DNA from: an uncultured Turneriella sp.
GTDB taxonomy: Bacteria; Spirochaetota; Leptospiria; Turneriellales; Turneriellaceae
Assembly: GCA_964356715.1 (NCBI GenBank)
Contig: CAYHJO010000001.1
Span: 1 to 63,378 of the forward strand
DNA length: 63,378 bases
Reading direction: 5' to 3'
Shown: in pieces, positions 47,584-56,922 of the stretch
How the letters are laid out: every line of letters begins with the position of its first letter
Numbering within the stretch: the stretch's first letter is position 1
Notes under the pieces: generated by a model
Told to the model about the DNA's origin: nothing
Databases searched by the model: none
The model's input: the letters and a program-made list of their open reading frames with translations, nothing else
Made by a program: the position numbers and the translations under genes

Positions 47584-47683
47584 ACCCCACCCCGGCCTTC
47601 GGCCACCCCTCCCCATAAAATGGAGAGGGGCCCTTCGTATTCCCCCTCTCCACATTTGTGGGGAGGGGGTTAGGGGGTGGGGT
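47584..47683. repeat. MITE/REP-like G/C-run element with two internal hairpins, downstream of eno
   Basis: ACCCCACCCC...GGGGTGGGGT terminal inverted repeats; CCCCTC.CC / GG.GAGGGG hairpins; same architecture as 56815 and 58013. Confidence 0.75.
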
Positions 47684-47693
47684 AAAGAGTTCA

Positions 47694-49088
<1,395 letters not shown>

Positions 49089-49174
49089 CTAATCGGCGAT
49101 TTGGCGTAATATCTCCACAAGTTCATTTAGCATGTGTTCAGGGGCCGGCTGCGTGCCATAGGCAAGGGGGGGTT

Positions 49175-50785
49175 ATGGAAAAAGTTACCGCCACCGAGAT
49201 CGTGGCAAAAACACCCCGGAAAACTACGCCAAAAAAGCCGCGTGTGCACGCGCATAAACTCGAGCTGCGCAAGCTAAGGCCCTCTGATTATTCTGCGGTC
49301 AAGGGAATTTCTGACAAAGTTTACACGACTTCGGGAGGTGGGTGGCGCGAAGACCAGTTTCTCTCGATGCTCGCGCGGTTTCCCGAAGGGCAGCTGTGCA
49401 TCGAAGACAAAGGCCAGGTCATTGGCTGCGCGCTGGCCGTAGTGGTCAGTTACGACAAGTACACTGATTTGCATACCTACGAGCAGATAACCGGCAACGG
49501 TTATATTACCAACCATGAGCCGGACGGAGACACGCTGTACGGCATTGATATCTTCGTCGATCCGGAATTCCGCGGTCTCAGGCTCGGTCGGCGTCTCTAC
49601 GATGCGCGCAAAGAACTGTGCCAGAGTCTTAACCTCAAGCGCATCGTCGGCGGGGGATGGATGCCGGGTTACCACGACCACGCCGACCAGATGACACCGC
49701 AGGCGTATATCGAGCAGGTCAAAGAAAAAAAAATCTATGATCCGGTGCTGACTTTCCAGATGGCGAACGGCTTTCATGTCCGTAAGATTCTCACGAATTA
49801 CTGGGCCGAGGTCGCCGAGAAAGAGAACTACGCAATCCTGCTCGAATGGATCAATATCTACTATGTCGAAGAGGCCAAGCTGGTCGGCGCGAAAAAGACC
49901 GTGGTCCGCATCGGCGTTGTGCAGTGGCAGATGCGTCCGTTCGGTACTATTAAGGAGATGGTTAATCAGGCCGAGTTTTTTATCGATGCGGTTTCGGGTT
50001 ACAACGCCGATTTTATTATCTTCCCCGAATTATTCAACGCACCATTGATGGCCGAATTTAAAGAAGCGAAGCCCAGCGATGCGATGCGCTATCTCGGCGC
50101 GTTAACCGACATGATCCGCGATGAGTTTTTGCAGATGGCGCTGTCGTATAACATCAATATCATCGCCGGCAGCATGCCGGTCGTGCGCGAAGACGGAACA
50201 TACAACGTCGCGACACTCTGCCGCCGCGACGGCACCTGGGAAGAACAGGACAAAATTCATATTACGCCCAGCGAGGCGAATTACTGGGGTTTTAAAGGCG
50301 GCAGCAAGCTGAATGTTTTTGACACCGACGTAGGCAAGGTCGGCATACTTATTTGCTACGATGTCGAGTTTCCCGAGTTGTCGCGCGTTCTTGCCGAGCG
50401 CGGCATCGACATTCTTTTTGTGCCATTTTCCACCGACACGAAGAACGCTTTTCTGCGTGTACGGCACTGCGCGATGGCGCGCGCGGTCGAAAATGAATTC
50501 TACGTGGTAATCTCGGGTAACGTCGGTAATTTGCCCAACGTGGAGAATATGGATATCCAGTATGCACAGTCTGCGGTGTTCACTCCCTCCGACATCTTCT
50601 TTCCGCAGGACGCTATGATTGCCGAAGCGATTCCCAATACCGAAATGACGCTCATTGCCGATCTGAATCTGCAGCTGCTGAAAGAACTGCGCACCGAGGG
50701 CAGTGTCTCGAATATGCGCGACCGCAGACATGATCTTTACAAGCTACAGTGGCTCGATAGCGACGCGCCCGAGAATCGCAGCTAA
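49175..50785 (+). CDS. Bifunctional GNAT acetyltransferase / carbon-nitrogen hydrolase
   Basis: GNAT V.PEFRGLRLGRRLY; nitrilase triad FPE, K.HITP, ICYDVEFPE. Confidence 0.92.
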   Translation: MEKVTATEIVAKTPRKTTPKKPRVHAHKLELRKLRPSDYSAVKGISDKVYTTSGGGWREDQFLSMLARFPEGQLCIEDKGQVIGCALAVVVSYDKYTDLHTYEQITGNGYITNHEPDGDTLYGIDIFVDPEFRGLRLGRRLYDARKELCQSLNLKRIVGGGWMPGYHDHADQMTPQAYIEQVKEKKIYDPVLTFQMANGFHVRKILTNYWAEVAEKENYAILLEWINIYYVEEAKLVGAKKTVVRIGVVQWQMRPFGTIKEMVNQAEFFIDAVSGYNADFIIFPELFNAPLMAEFKEAKPSDAMRYLGALTDMIRDEFLQMALSYNINIIAGSMPVVREDGTYNVATLCRRDGTWEEQDKIHITPSEANYWGFKGGSKLNVFDTDVGKVGILICYDVEFPELSRVLAERGIDILFVPFSTDTKNAFLRVRHCAMARAVENEFYVVISGNVGNLPNVENMDIQYAQSAVFTPSDIFFPQDAMIAEAIPNTEMTLIADLNLQLLKELRTEGSVSNMRDRRHDLYKLQWLDSDAPENRS

Positions 50786-50834
50786 GCATGGCGTAAATTT
50801 CCGGAGCTTTTGCGGCTTGCCGTTTTGTCGCGAC

Positions 50835-50848
50835 TTGATGCATATCAA
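50835..50848. promoter_or_regulatory. Perfect FNR/Crp-Fnr-family box
   Basis: TTGAT-GCAT-ATCAA, about 65 nt upstream of ATG 50913. Confidence 0.75.
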
Positions 50849-50912
50849 TGGCGATTGGTCTGCGGCAGAGTAATCTGTGCGATATGAAAGGAATCTCTGC
50901 AAAGGAATCGTT

Positions 50913-51557
50913 ATGCGCTATAAAAAGTTAGTTATTGCCCTGGTTCTTGTCGCCGGTTTTGTAGCGGCGACTTTCGCCTTCCGCAGGGTTTCGTTTATGG
51001 TCGGTGGATTTTTTCTGCACACCGGCTATGTGATTCAGGACTGGTCGGAGTCATTCCACCACGAACTCGGCGACGCAGACCCTGTGCATCCCAATGAAAT
51101 CTATAAGACCCTCATGGATCAAAATGCCATGCAGGCGAAGATCTGGAAAGTGACGCCCGGATTAAAGGACCGCAAACCCAAGGCCGTGTTAATCATGTGT
51201 ATAGATCCGCGCCTCGACGATAACCGTATTCTCGGGGACACGCGTGGCTACTACGATGTGATTCGCATACCGGGTTCGGTGATCACCGAAGAGGTGGCCG
51301 AAGCGGTAGAACTGGCAGTGGTCAAGCACGCGGTAAAGCTTGTTATGGTGGTCACGCATACCGACTGCGCGATGGAGCGCCTCGCGGCCTCAGAAGACGG
51401 CAAACACCATTATCCGCTGCTGGCCGAGGGTATCAATAACCACTCAAAGCGCCTGCAGTCGCTTTCGCACCGGCCGGCAATTCTCGCGCGGTTACAGAAA
51501 CAAGAGGTCTGGGTCATCGAAAAACGCATCGACACCAAAACCGGCAAATTTTTATGA
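50913..51557 (+). CDS. Exported or membrane-anchored beta-class carbonic anhydrase-like protein
   Basis: CIDPR and HTDC zinc-ligand motifs; N-terminal hydrophobic leader. Confidence 0.75.
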   Translation: MRYKKLVIALVLVAGFVAATFAFRRVSFMVGGFFLHTGYVIQDWSESFHHELGDADPVHPNEIYKTLMDQNAMQAKIWKVTPGLKDRKPKAVLIMCIDPRLDDNRILGDTRGYYDVIRIPGSVITEEVAEAVELAVVKHAVKLVMVVTHTDCAMERLAASEDGKHHYPLLAEGINNHSKRLQSLSHRPAILARLQKQEVWVIEKRIDTKTGKFL

Positions 51558-51589
51558 ATGATCAGGGCGACGCGAAGGCGCCGCATCGA

Positions 51590-52615
51590 TCATTTATGCT
51601 GCAACTCTTCCGGTTCCGTCGGTGAAGTCAGTTCGGCAAAGGTGAAAGGTATCACCCGCGCGAAGGCCTCGCGCCTGATTTTGCAATCCGCCACATCGCA
51701 CGCATGGCAGTAAACGCGGCGGCAGGGATCGATGTGAAAGTGTATTTCACCCTCGTGCCCGTAGCGCTCGATCACTTTGTGCTCGAAGTCATTCGTTGTG
51801 TTGTGCGCGGTCAGCACATCCCAGAACTCGGGCACCACGACGTGAGCGTCGATATGGTGGTACGCGCCCGAACGGATGACGCGCGTATGGTGTACCCGAA
51901 TGATACCTTCGATGCGCGCGGCGGTGAAATGTTCGCCGAGGCTCGTGATGAGCGCCGAATCTTCGGCGTCCATCAGCACCTGAATCGCATCGCGCACCAG
52001 GTGAAAACCTGTCCAGGCGAGTACCAGGCCGACGATCAGCGCGGCGGCGGGGTCGAGCCAGTTTAATCCCGTGAAGCGCACGAGAATGAGGCCTGCGATC
52101 ACAGCCGCGCTGGTGTAAAAATCCGACAGCACATGCTTACCGCTGGAAATGAGCGCTACCGAATGGTGCTTGCGCCCGAGCCGTACGAGATAAAAACCGA
52201 GCAGCGCGTTGGCGATGCCTGCCGCCGTGATTAAAACCAGACCCGTGTCCAGACGTTTTAACGCGCGGCCATGGACTATCGCATCGATGCTTTCGATGAA
52301 AATCATGATCGCAGCAAACGAAATCAGCGCGCCTTCAAAGACCGAACTGAAGTATTCGGCTTTGCCATGCCCGTACGGGTGGTCGCGGTCTGCGGGTTTG
52401 GCGCTAATGTAGATAATGAACAGCGCGAGAGTCGCCGCCGTGACGTTGACGATGCTTTCGAGCGCGTCGGAAAGTATGGCCTGCGAACCGGTCAGGTAAT
52501 AGGCAAAAAATTTGACAAGCATCAGCAAGGTGCTGACGGTGAGGGAAATGTAGGCGCCGCGGCGAACCATCCATGCCAAGGTCAGGGCTGAGTCTGGTAA
52601 AGCAAATGTTTTCAA
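51590..52615 (-). CDS. Cation diffusion facilitator (FieF-like) transporter
   Basis: SDALES, D..HPYGHGKAEY, H.LSD; C-terminal HIDPC...C..C....C. Confidence 0.9.
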   Translation of the reverse strand: MKTFALPDSALTLAWMVRRGAYISLTVSTLLMLVKFFAYYLTGSQAILSDALESIVNVTAATLALFIIYISAKPADRDHPYGHGKAEYFSSVFEGALISFAAIMIFIESIDAIVHGRALKRLDTGLVLITAAGIANALLGFYLVRLGRKHHSVALISSGKHVLSDFYTSAAVIAGLILVRFTGLNWLDPAAALIVGLVLAWTGFHLVRDAIQVLMDAEDSALITSLGEHFTAARIEGIIRVHHTRVIRSGAYHHIDAHVVVPEFWDVLTAHNTTNDFEHKVIERYGHEGEIHFHIDPCRRVYCHACDVADCKIRREAFARVIPFTFAELTSPTEPEELQHK

Positions 52616-52662
52616 ACACGCCTGGTCACCTTCGCCGCTGCTCCGGAAAAGGTTGAGTATTC

Positions 52663-52676
52663 TTGACTTAGATCAA
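52663..52676. promoter_or_regulatory. Near-perfect FNR-family box between the divergent CDF and porin genes
   Basis: TTGAC-TTAG-ATCAA within TATTCTTGAcTTAGATCAATGC, nearly identical to the 54234-54255 context. Confidence 0.7.
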
Positions 52677-52746
52677 TGCTTTTTCGCCGGATGCGCAACA
52701 GTTTCAAGCCAGTAGACAGGCCGAATGGTCTGGCTCAGGAGGCAAT

Positions 52747-54168
52747 ATGCAACGCATTTTTCAAGGGATAGCCTTTGTATCTCTCATCGCATTCACCATG
52801 ACGCAGGCGCTTGGCGCGCAGGCGCAGAAGAAAAAACCGGCAAAGGCCGTGGCCGCCACGACCGCAGAACCGGCCGCAGCGACCCCTGTCACCGCTGCAA
52901 CACCGGCTGCGCCCGAACCGCAGCCAGAAGAAAAGTGGTACGACAGCGTAAAGATCTCGGGCATGATTCGCATGCGTCCCGAAGTCAAAGAAAATTTCAA
53001 TTTTGACGACAGCCAGCGTTACAATTTTGTTGGCCAGAAACTCTGGCTGACAGCGGAAAAAGAGTTTAAAGACAAAAGCAAAATCGTCATCACGCTGCAG
53101 GATGTGCGCGTCTGGGGTGGCCAGAACCCGACGATTACCGACACGAATACACTGCAGCGCGCGACGGATATCCGCGAAGGCTATCTTTTACTCAAGAACT
53201 TTCTCTGGACGCCATTTGATCTGAAAGTCGGTCGCCAGAAAATTGTTCTCGGCGAAGAAATGTTCGTGGGTGGGCTCGACTGGGTGAACGTCGGTCGTTC
53301 GTTCGACGGCGCACGCCTGATCTGGGACAGCAAGATGAACAACCTGCAGGTTTTTTCGACCATCATTCAGGAGAACAACTCGAACGACCTGAATAATCTC
53401 AACAGCCCGAAAAACTCTCCGGGTATGTATTTCAGCGGTATTTACGATACGCTCAAGCTGCACAAATCGTTCTGGCTCGACACATTCGTCTTTGCGCGTA
53501 ACCAGGATGCTGCGATCCACTCGAATCAACTGTACACGTTCGGTGCACGTCTCCACAACCGCACCGAAGCCGGCAATAAAACGGCTTCTGACCAGCTCAT
53601 CGACTACTCGCTCGATGTCGCATACCAAGGCGGGCAAAAAGGCGGACAGGAGATTCAGGCGTATGGCGCGGTCGGCTTTCTCGGCGTGAATTTTAATCCC
53701 GGCCTGAAGATGCGTCTCGGCGGTCAGGGTGCCTATTCGAGTGGCGATCAGGATTCAGCCGACGGTAAGTACCAGACATTCGATCCGCTTTATCCCACAC
53801 CGCACTACCAGTTCGGTCAGGCAGATATGACCAGTTGGAGAAACCTTGCGGGCGCCGGCGTCAACTATACGCTGTGGTTCACGCAGGATTTCAACCTCAA
53901 GTTTGATTACTGGTACGCGATGCGCCAGTCGACCAACGACTACTGGTATGCAGTCAGCGGTGCGGCGAACACGACTACCACTCTTGCGTCACTCGGCGCA
54001 GAGAAACAGTTGTACCAGGAATTCGGTCTTTTGGCGAATTACACGGCCAGAAGCTTCCTGTCGTTCCAGGCGGGCTATTCTTACGCGATGCGCGGTGCTG
54101 CGATGACCGCGGCGAACAAGAGCGGCGACTACCAGTTTGCCTATCTGATGTCGACGCTGAGTTTCTGA
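52747..54168 (+). CDS. Alginate-export-family outer-membrane beta-barrel (porin)
   Basis: Signal peptide, LQD.R.WG, KVGRQ, W.NVGRSFDG, SGD...D....TF.PLYPT.H, terminal Phe. Confidence 0.85.
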   Translation: MQRIFQGIAFVSLIAFTMTQALGAQAQKKKPAKAVAATTAEPAAATPVTAATPAAPEPQPEEKWYDSVKISGMIRMRPEVKENFNFDDSQRYNFVGQKLWLTAEKEFKDKSKIVITLQDVRVWGGQNPTITDTNTLQRATDIREGYLLLKNFLWTPFDLKVGRQKIVLGEEMFVGGLDWVNVGRSFDGARLIWDSKMNNLQVFSTIIQENNSNDLNNLNSPKNSPGMYFSGIYDTLKLHKSFWLDTFVFARNQDAAIHSNQLYTFGARLHNRTEAGNKTASDQLIDYSLDVAYQGGQKGGQEIQAYGAVGFLGVNFNPGLKMRLGGQGAYSSGDQDSADGKYQTFDPLYPTPHYQFGQADMTSWRNLAGAGVNYTLWFTQDFNLKFDYWYAMRQSTNDYWYAVSGAANTTTTLASLGAEKQLYQEFGLLANYTARSFLSFQAGYSYAMRGAAMTAANKSGDYQFAYLMSTLSF

Positions 54169-54184
54169 GAAACACAGGAGAATA

Positions 54185-54211
54185 CCGGCGCACGTATATT
54201 GCGTGCGCCGG
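54185..54211 (+). terminator. GC-rich hairpin after the porin gene
   Basis: CCGGCGCACG-tatattg-CGTGCGCCGG. Confidence 0.6.
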
Positions 54212-54238
54212 GTGACTCTTTCAAAAAACGTACTATTC

Positions 54239-54282
54239 TTGATATAGATCAATGCATCTTTTATTCCAGTATGGTATACAAT
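54239..54282 (+). promoter_or_regulatory. Promoter of the heme-copper reductase operon: perfect FNR box, overlapping AGAT-N6-ATCT site and a -10 element
   Basis: TTGAT-ATAG-ATCAA 54239-54252; TACAAT 54277-54282 (class II-like spacing). Confidence 0.75.
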
Positions 54283-54319
54283 GCATCTATAAGTCAAATT
54301 TCCCACTGGAGGTGGCGTT

Positions 54320-54520
54320 ATGCAAGAAGAACAGACGGAAAAAAAGACATTTGGGCAAAAGATATTCGATAACATATTCATCCTGCTGGCCCTTGGTATG
54401 GCCTTCCCGGGTGTTTTCTACCTTGGTTGGGGTATTATCGAAATTTTCGTTCTCAACAACACAAAACTCGTGGACTATTTAGGCGCCAGCAACCAGAAGT
54501 TTCTGCTGCCGGGAAAATAA
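54320..54520 (+). CDS. Small single-TM subunit/accessory peptide of the heme-copper oxidoreductase
   Basis: GGAGG RBS; Q..FDNIF.LL.LG...P.VFY..WG..E pattern; first gene of the operon. Confidence 0.75.
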   Translation: MQEEQTEKKTFGQKIFDNIFILLALGMAFPGVFYLGWGIIEIFVLNNTKLVDYLGASNQKFLLPGK

Positions 54521-54529
54521 GGAGTAACA

Positions 54530-55105
54530 ATGCCACTCTCAACCCCAACGAACTGGTGGAAACCGTTCAACAAAGAAGAGCGTATCTGGCTCTATATTTC
54601 GATCGCGTGGGGTATCATCATGTTTGTCATGATGCCGCTCGGTCACTTCTGGAACCAGAACGTCTCTTCTGAAACATACAAAACAAATCCCGAGGAATAC
54701 CGGCTGATCGCCGATAAGTTCATCGCCACCTACCAGCGCAAAGACGCGAAGGGTGAGGCCGTGACGCACAACGGCAAACCCGGCGGCATTCCGCTGGTCG
54801 ATGCGCCCAGCAAAGAAAAAGGCGATGTGTTTCTTGTGGCGCAGGCCTGGCAGTTTCGCCCGGTGCTGGTGATGAAGAAGAATAAAACATACCGTATTCA
54901 CATGTCGTCGCTCGACTACCAGCACGGCTTCTCGTTGCAGCCGCAGAACCTGAATATCCAGATTCTGCCGTACTACGATTTCGTGATCACGATGAGCCCG
55001 AACGAAACGGGAAAATTTTTCCTCATCTGCAATGAGTACTGCATGTTCGCAGGCGAGAAGTTCGGCCACGATACGATGGTCGGGCAAGTGATTGTGGAGG
55101 ATTAA
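54530..55105 (+). CDS. Heme-copper oxidoreductase subunit II (single TM, CuA)
   Basis: AWQF; D.QHGF; CNEYC-x8-H-DT-M CuA ligands. Confidence 0.92.
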   Translation: MPLSTPTNWWKPFNKEERIWLYISIAWGIIMFVMMPLGHFWNQNVSSETYKTNPEEYRLIADKFIATYQRKDAKGEAVTHNGKPGGIPLVDAPSKEKGDVFLVAQAWQFRPVLVMKKNKTYRIHMSSLDYQHGFSLQPQNLNIQILPYYDFVITMSPNETGKFFLICNEYCMFAGEKFGHDTMVGQVIVED

Positions 55106-55106
55106 A

Positions 55107-56672
55107 ATGAGTATAGCTGATATTACCAACCAATTCAGAACCTGCCCGACAACCGGACTGAAAGTCCACCTGCCGGCGCAGCGTTTAATCTGGATCAACG
55201 CGGTCTCGGCCGTCGTGTTCCTGTTAATCGGCGGCATTATGGCGATTCTGATCGCGCTGACCCGCTGGCCTGCAGTGCACCTTCTGCCGCAAGATCTCTT
55301 CTACCGTTTTCTGACAGCGCACGGCATCAACATGCTCGTATTCTGGATTGTGTTCTTCGAAATGGCGGGCATTATTTTTGCCGCGCAGACGATACTCAAT
55401 TCGCGTTATCCCGGCATCAAGTTCGGCTGGTTTAATTATGGTCTGATGATTACCGGTGCTATCATGGTCGAAGTGATGGTTTTTACGGGTAAGGCGGATG
55501 TCATGTTTACTGCGTATCCCCCGCTCAAGGCAAACCCGATCTTCTACCTGGGCATTATTCTTTTCGCCGTCGGCGCTCTCTTTAATTGCTTCCAGTTCAT
55601 CTATGCGCTGATCATCGCCAAGCGTGAAGGATATCATAAGGGAAGCTTGCCGCTTTTCACCTATGGCATACTCACTGCGGTGATTATTGCGATCTTTACA
55701 CTGGTGTCAGGTGCAGCCGCGTTTATCCCGGCATTCCTGTGGAGCATCGGTGTGATTCCGCACATTGACCCCGAGTACTACCGCATTGCGTTCTGGGGTT
55801 TCGGCCATTCAGCGCAGCAGATTAACCTGGCGGCGATGGTCGCGATCTGGTACCTGTTGGCGAACCTGACCACAGGGGCACAGCCGGTGAACCAGCGCAT
55901 GTGCCGTTGGGCATTCGTTCTGTACCTCTTGGGCATCAACCTCGGTTCGATTCACCACAACCTGGTTGACCCAGGCCTGTCGGCGACGTACCGCATTTTC
56001 AACACCAGTTACCTCTTTTATGCTGCGACGATCGGTTCGATGATCCATGCATTCTCGATACCTGCAGCGGTTGAAACTGCACAGCGCGCAAAAGGCTTCA
56101 CGAAGGGCCTGTTCCAGTGGCTGACGAATGCACCGTGGGGCCAACCCGGTTTCTCGGGCATGGTGCTGTCGATGGTGATTTTCGGCTTCTTCGGCGGTGT
56201 AACAGGTATCATTCTGTCCGTCGAGCAGCTGAATATGCTGTCGCACAACAATTTACGCGTTCCGGGCCACTTCCACATGACAGTCGTGGGCGGTACTTCG
56301 CTGGCTTTCATGGCGGTGACTTACTACATTCTGCCGCTCGTGCTGCAGAGAAAACTCATCGGCGCCAAATGGGCGAAATACCAACCCTACATCTTTGCGA
56401 TTGGCCTGATGATGTTCTCGACCGGTATGCACTTTGCCGGTGTGATGGGCGCCCCCCGCCGCCACTGGGATGTCACGTTCAATAACGCAGTCATACAGGT
56501 GCCATTTGACCCGGCGATGTACACGTTCCTGGGTCTCGTCGGTATCGGGGCAATCGTGGCCTTTACCGGGCTTTTGATCTTCATCGGTATTGCAGTGCTG
56601 ACTGTTTTCTTCGGTGAAAAGATCCCATCGAAAATCGAACCACATACCCCTGCGCATGCGCCGGCGGCATAA
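55107..56672 (+). CDS. Heme-copper oxidoreductase subunit I, B-family-derived eNOR-type (putative nitric oxide reductase)
   Basis: Six His ligands (TAHG, FGHSAQQ, IHHN, GHFH); position +4 from the helix VI His (codon 55806) is Gln, not the cross-linked Tyr. Confidence 0.85.
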   Translation: MSIADITNQFRTCPTTGLKVHLPAQRLIWINAVSAVVFLLIGGIMAILIALTRWPAVHLLPQDLFYRFLTAHGINMLVFWIVFFEMAGIIFAAQTILNSRYPGIKFGWFNYGLMITGAIMVEVMVFTGKADVMFTAYPPLKANPIFYLGIILFAVGALFNCFQFIYALIIAKREGYHKGSLPLFTYGILTAVIIAIFTLVSGAAAFIPAFLWSIGVIPHIDPEYYRIAFWGFGHSAQQINLAAMVAIWYLLANLTTGAQPVNQRMCRWAFVLYLLGINLGSIHHNLVDPGLSATYRIFNTSYLFYAATIGSMIHAFSIPAAVETAQRAKGFTKGLFQWLTNAPWGQPGFSGMVLSMVIFGFFGGVTGIILSVEQLNMLSHNNLRVPGHFHMTVVGGTSLAFMAVTYYILPLVLQRKLIGAKWAKYQPYIFAIGLMMFSTGMHFAGVMGAPRRHWDVTFNNAVIQVPFDPAMYTFLGLVGIGAIVAFTGLLIFIGIAVLTVFFGEKIPSKIEPHTPAHAPAA

Positions 56673-56681
56673 GGAGAAGTT

Positions 56682-56816
56682 ATGAGCAACGATAACCAAA
56701 AAGAAAAAATGCACGCGCCGGGCAGTTTTGTGCTGGCGCTGATCTTCCTCGCGTGGTTTGCCGTAGTGTACTTCACGCAGTGGATTGCGTTGAGTAAGAA
56801 TTGGATTGTGTATTAA
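56682..56816 (+). CDS. 44-aa single-TM subunit IIa-like peptide (below the ORF-track cutoff)
   Basis: AAGGAG RBS; MSNDNQKEKMHAPGSFVLALIFLAWFAVVYFTQWIALSKNWIVY. Confidence 0.75.
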   Translation: MSNDNQKEKMHAPGSFVLALIFLAWFAVVYFTQWIALSKNWIVY

Positions 56817-56916
56817 CTCATCCCCCCGGCCCCCTTCTCTTGCAAAGAGAAGGGGGAGCTAAGAGAGAGTCTTCCTCAACCCCCTCTCTTTGCAAGAGAG
56901 GGGCAGGGGGTGAGTT
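56815..56916. repeat. MITE/REP-like element, about 100 bp
   Basis: AACTCA.CCCC...GGGG.TGAGTT termini; two CCCC(T)TCTCTT-GCA-AAGAGA(A)GGGG hairpins. Confidence 0.8.
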
Positions 56917-56922
56917 AAAACC

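Noticed and set aside
55107-56672. ba3 or aa3 cytochrome c oxidase (O2 reductase), or classical NorB
   Set aside because: Lacks the helix VI cross-link Tyr, and also lacks the HLWVEG motif of cNOR/qNOR; a CuA subunit II is present.
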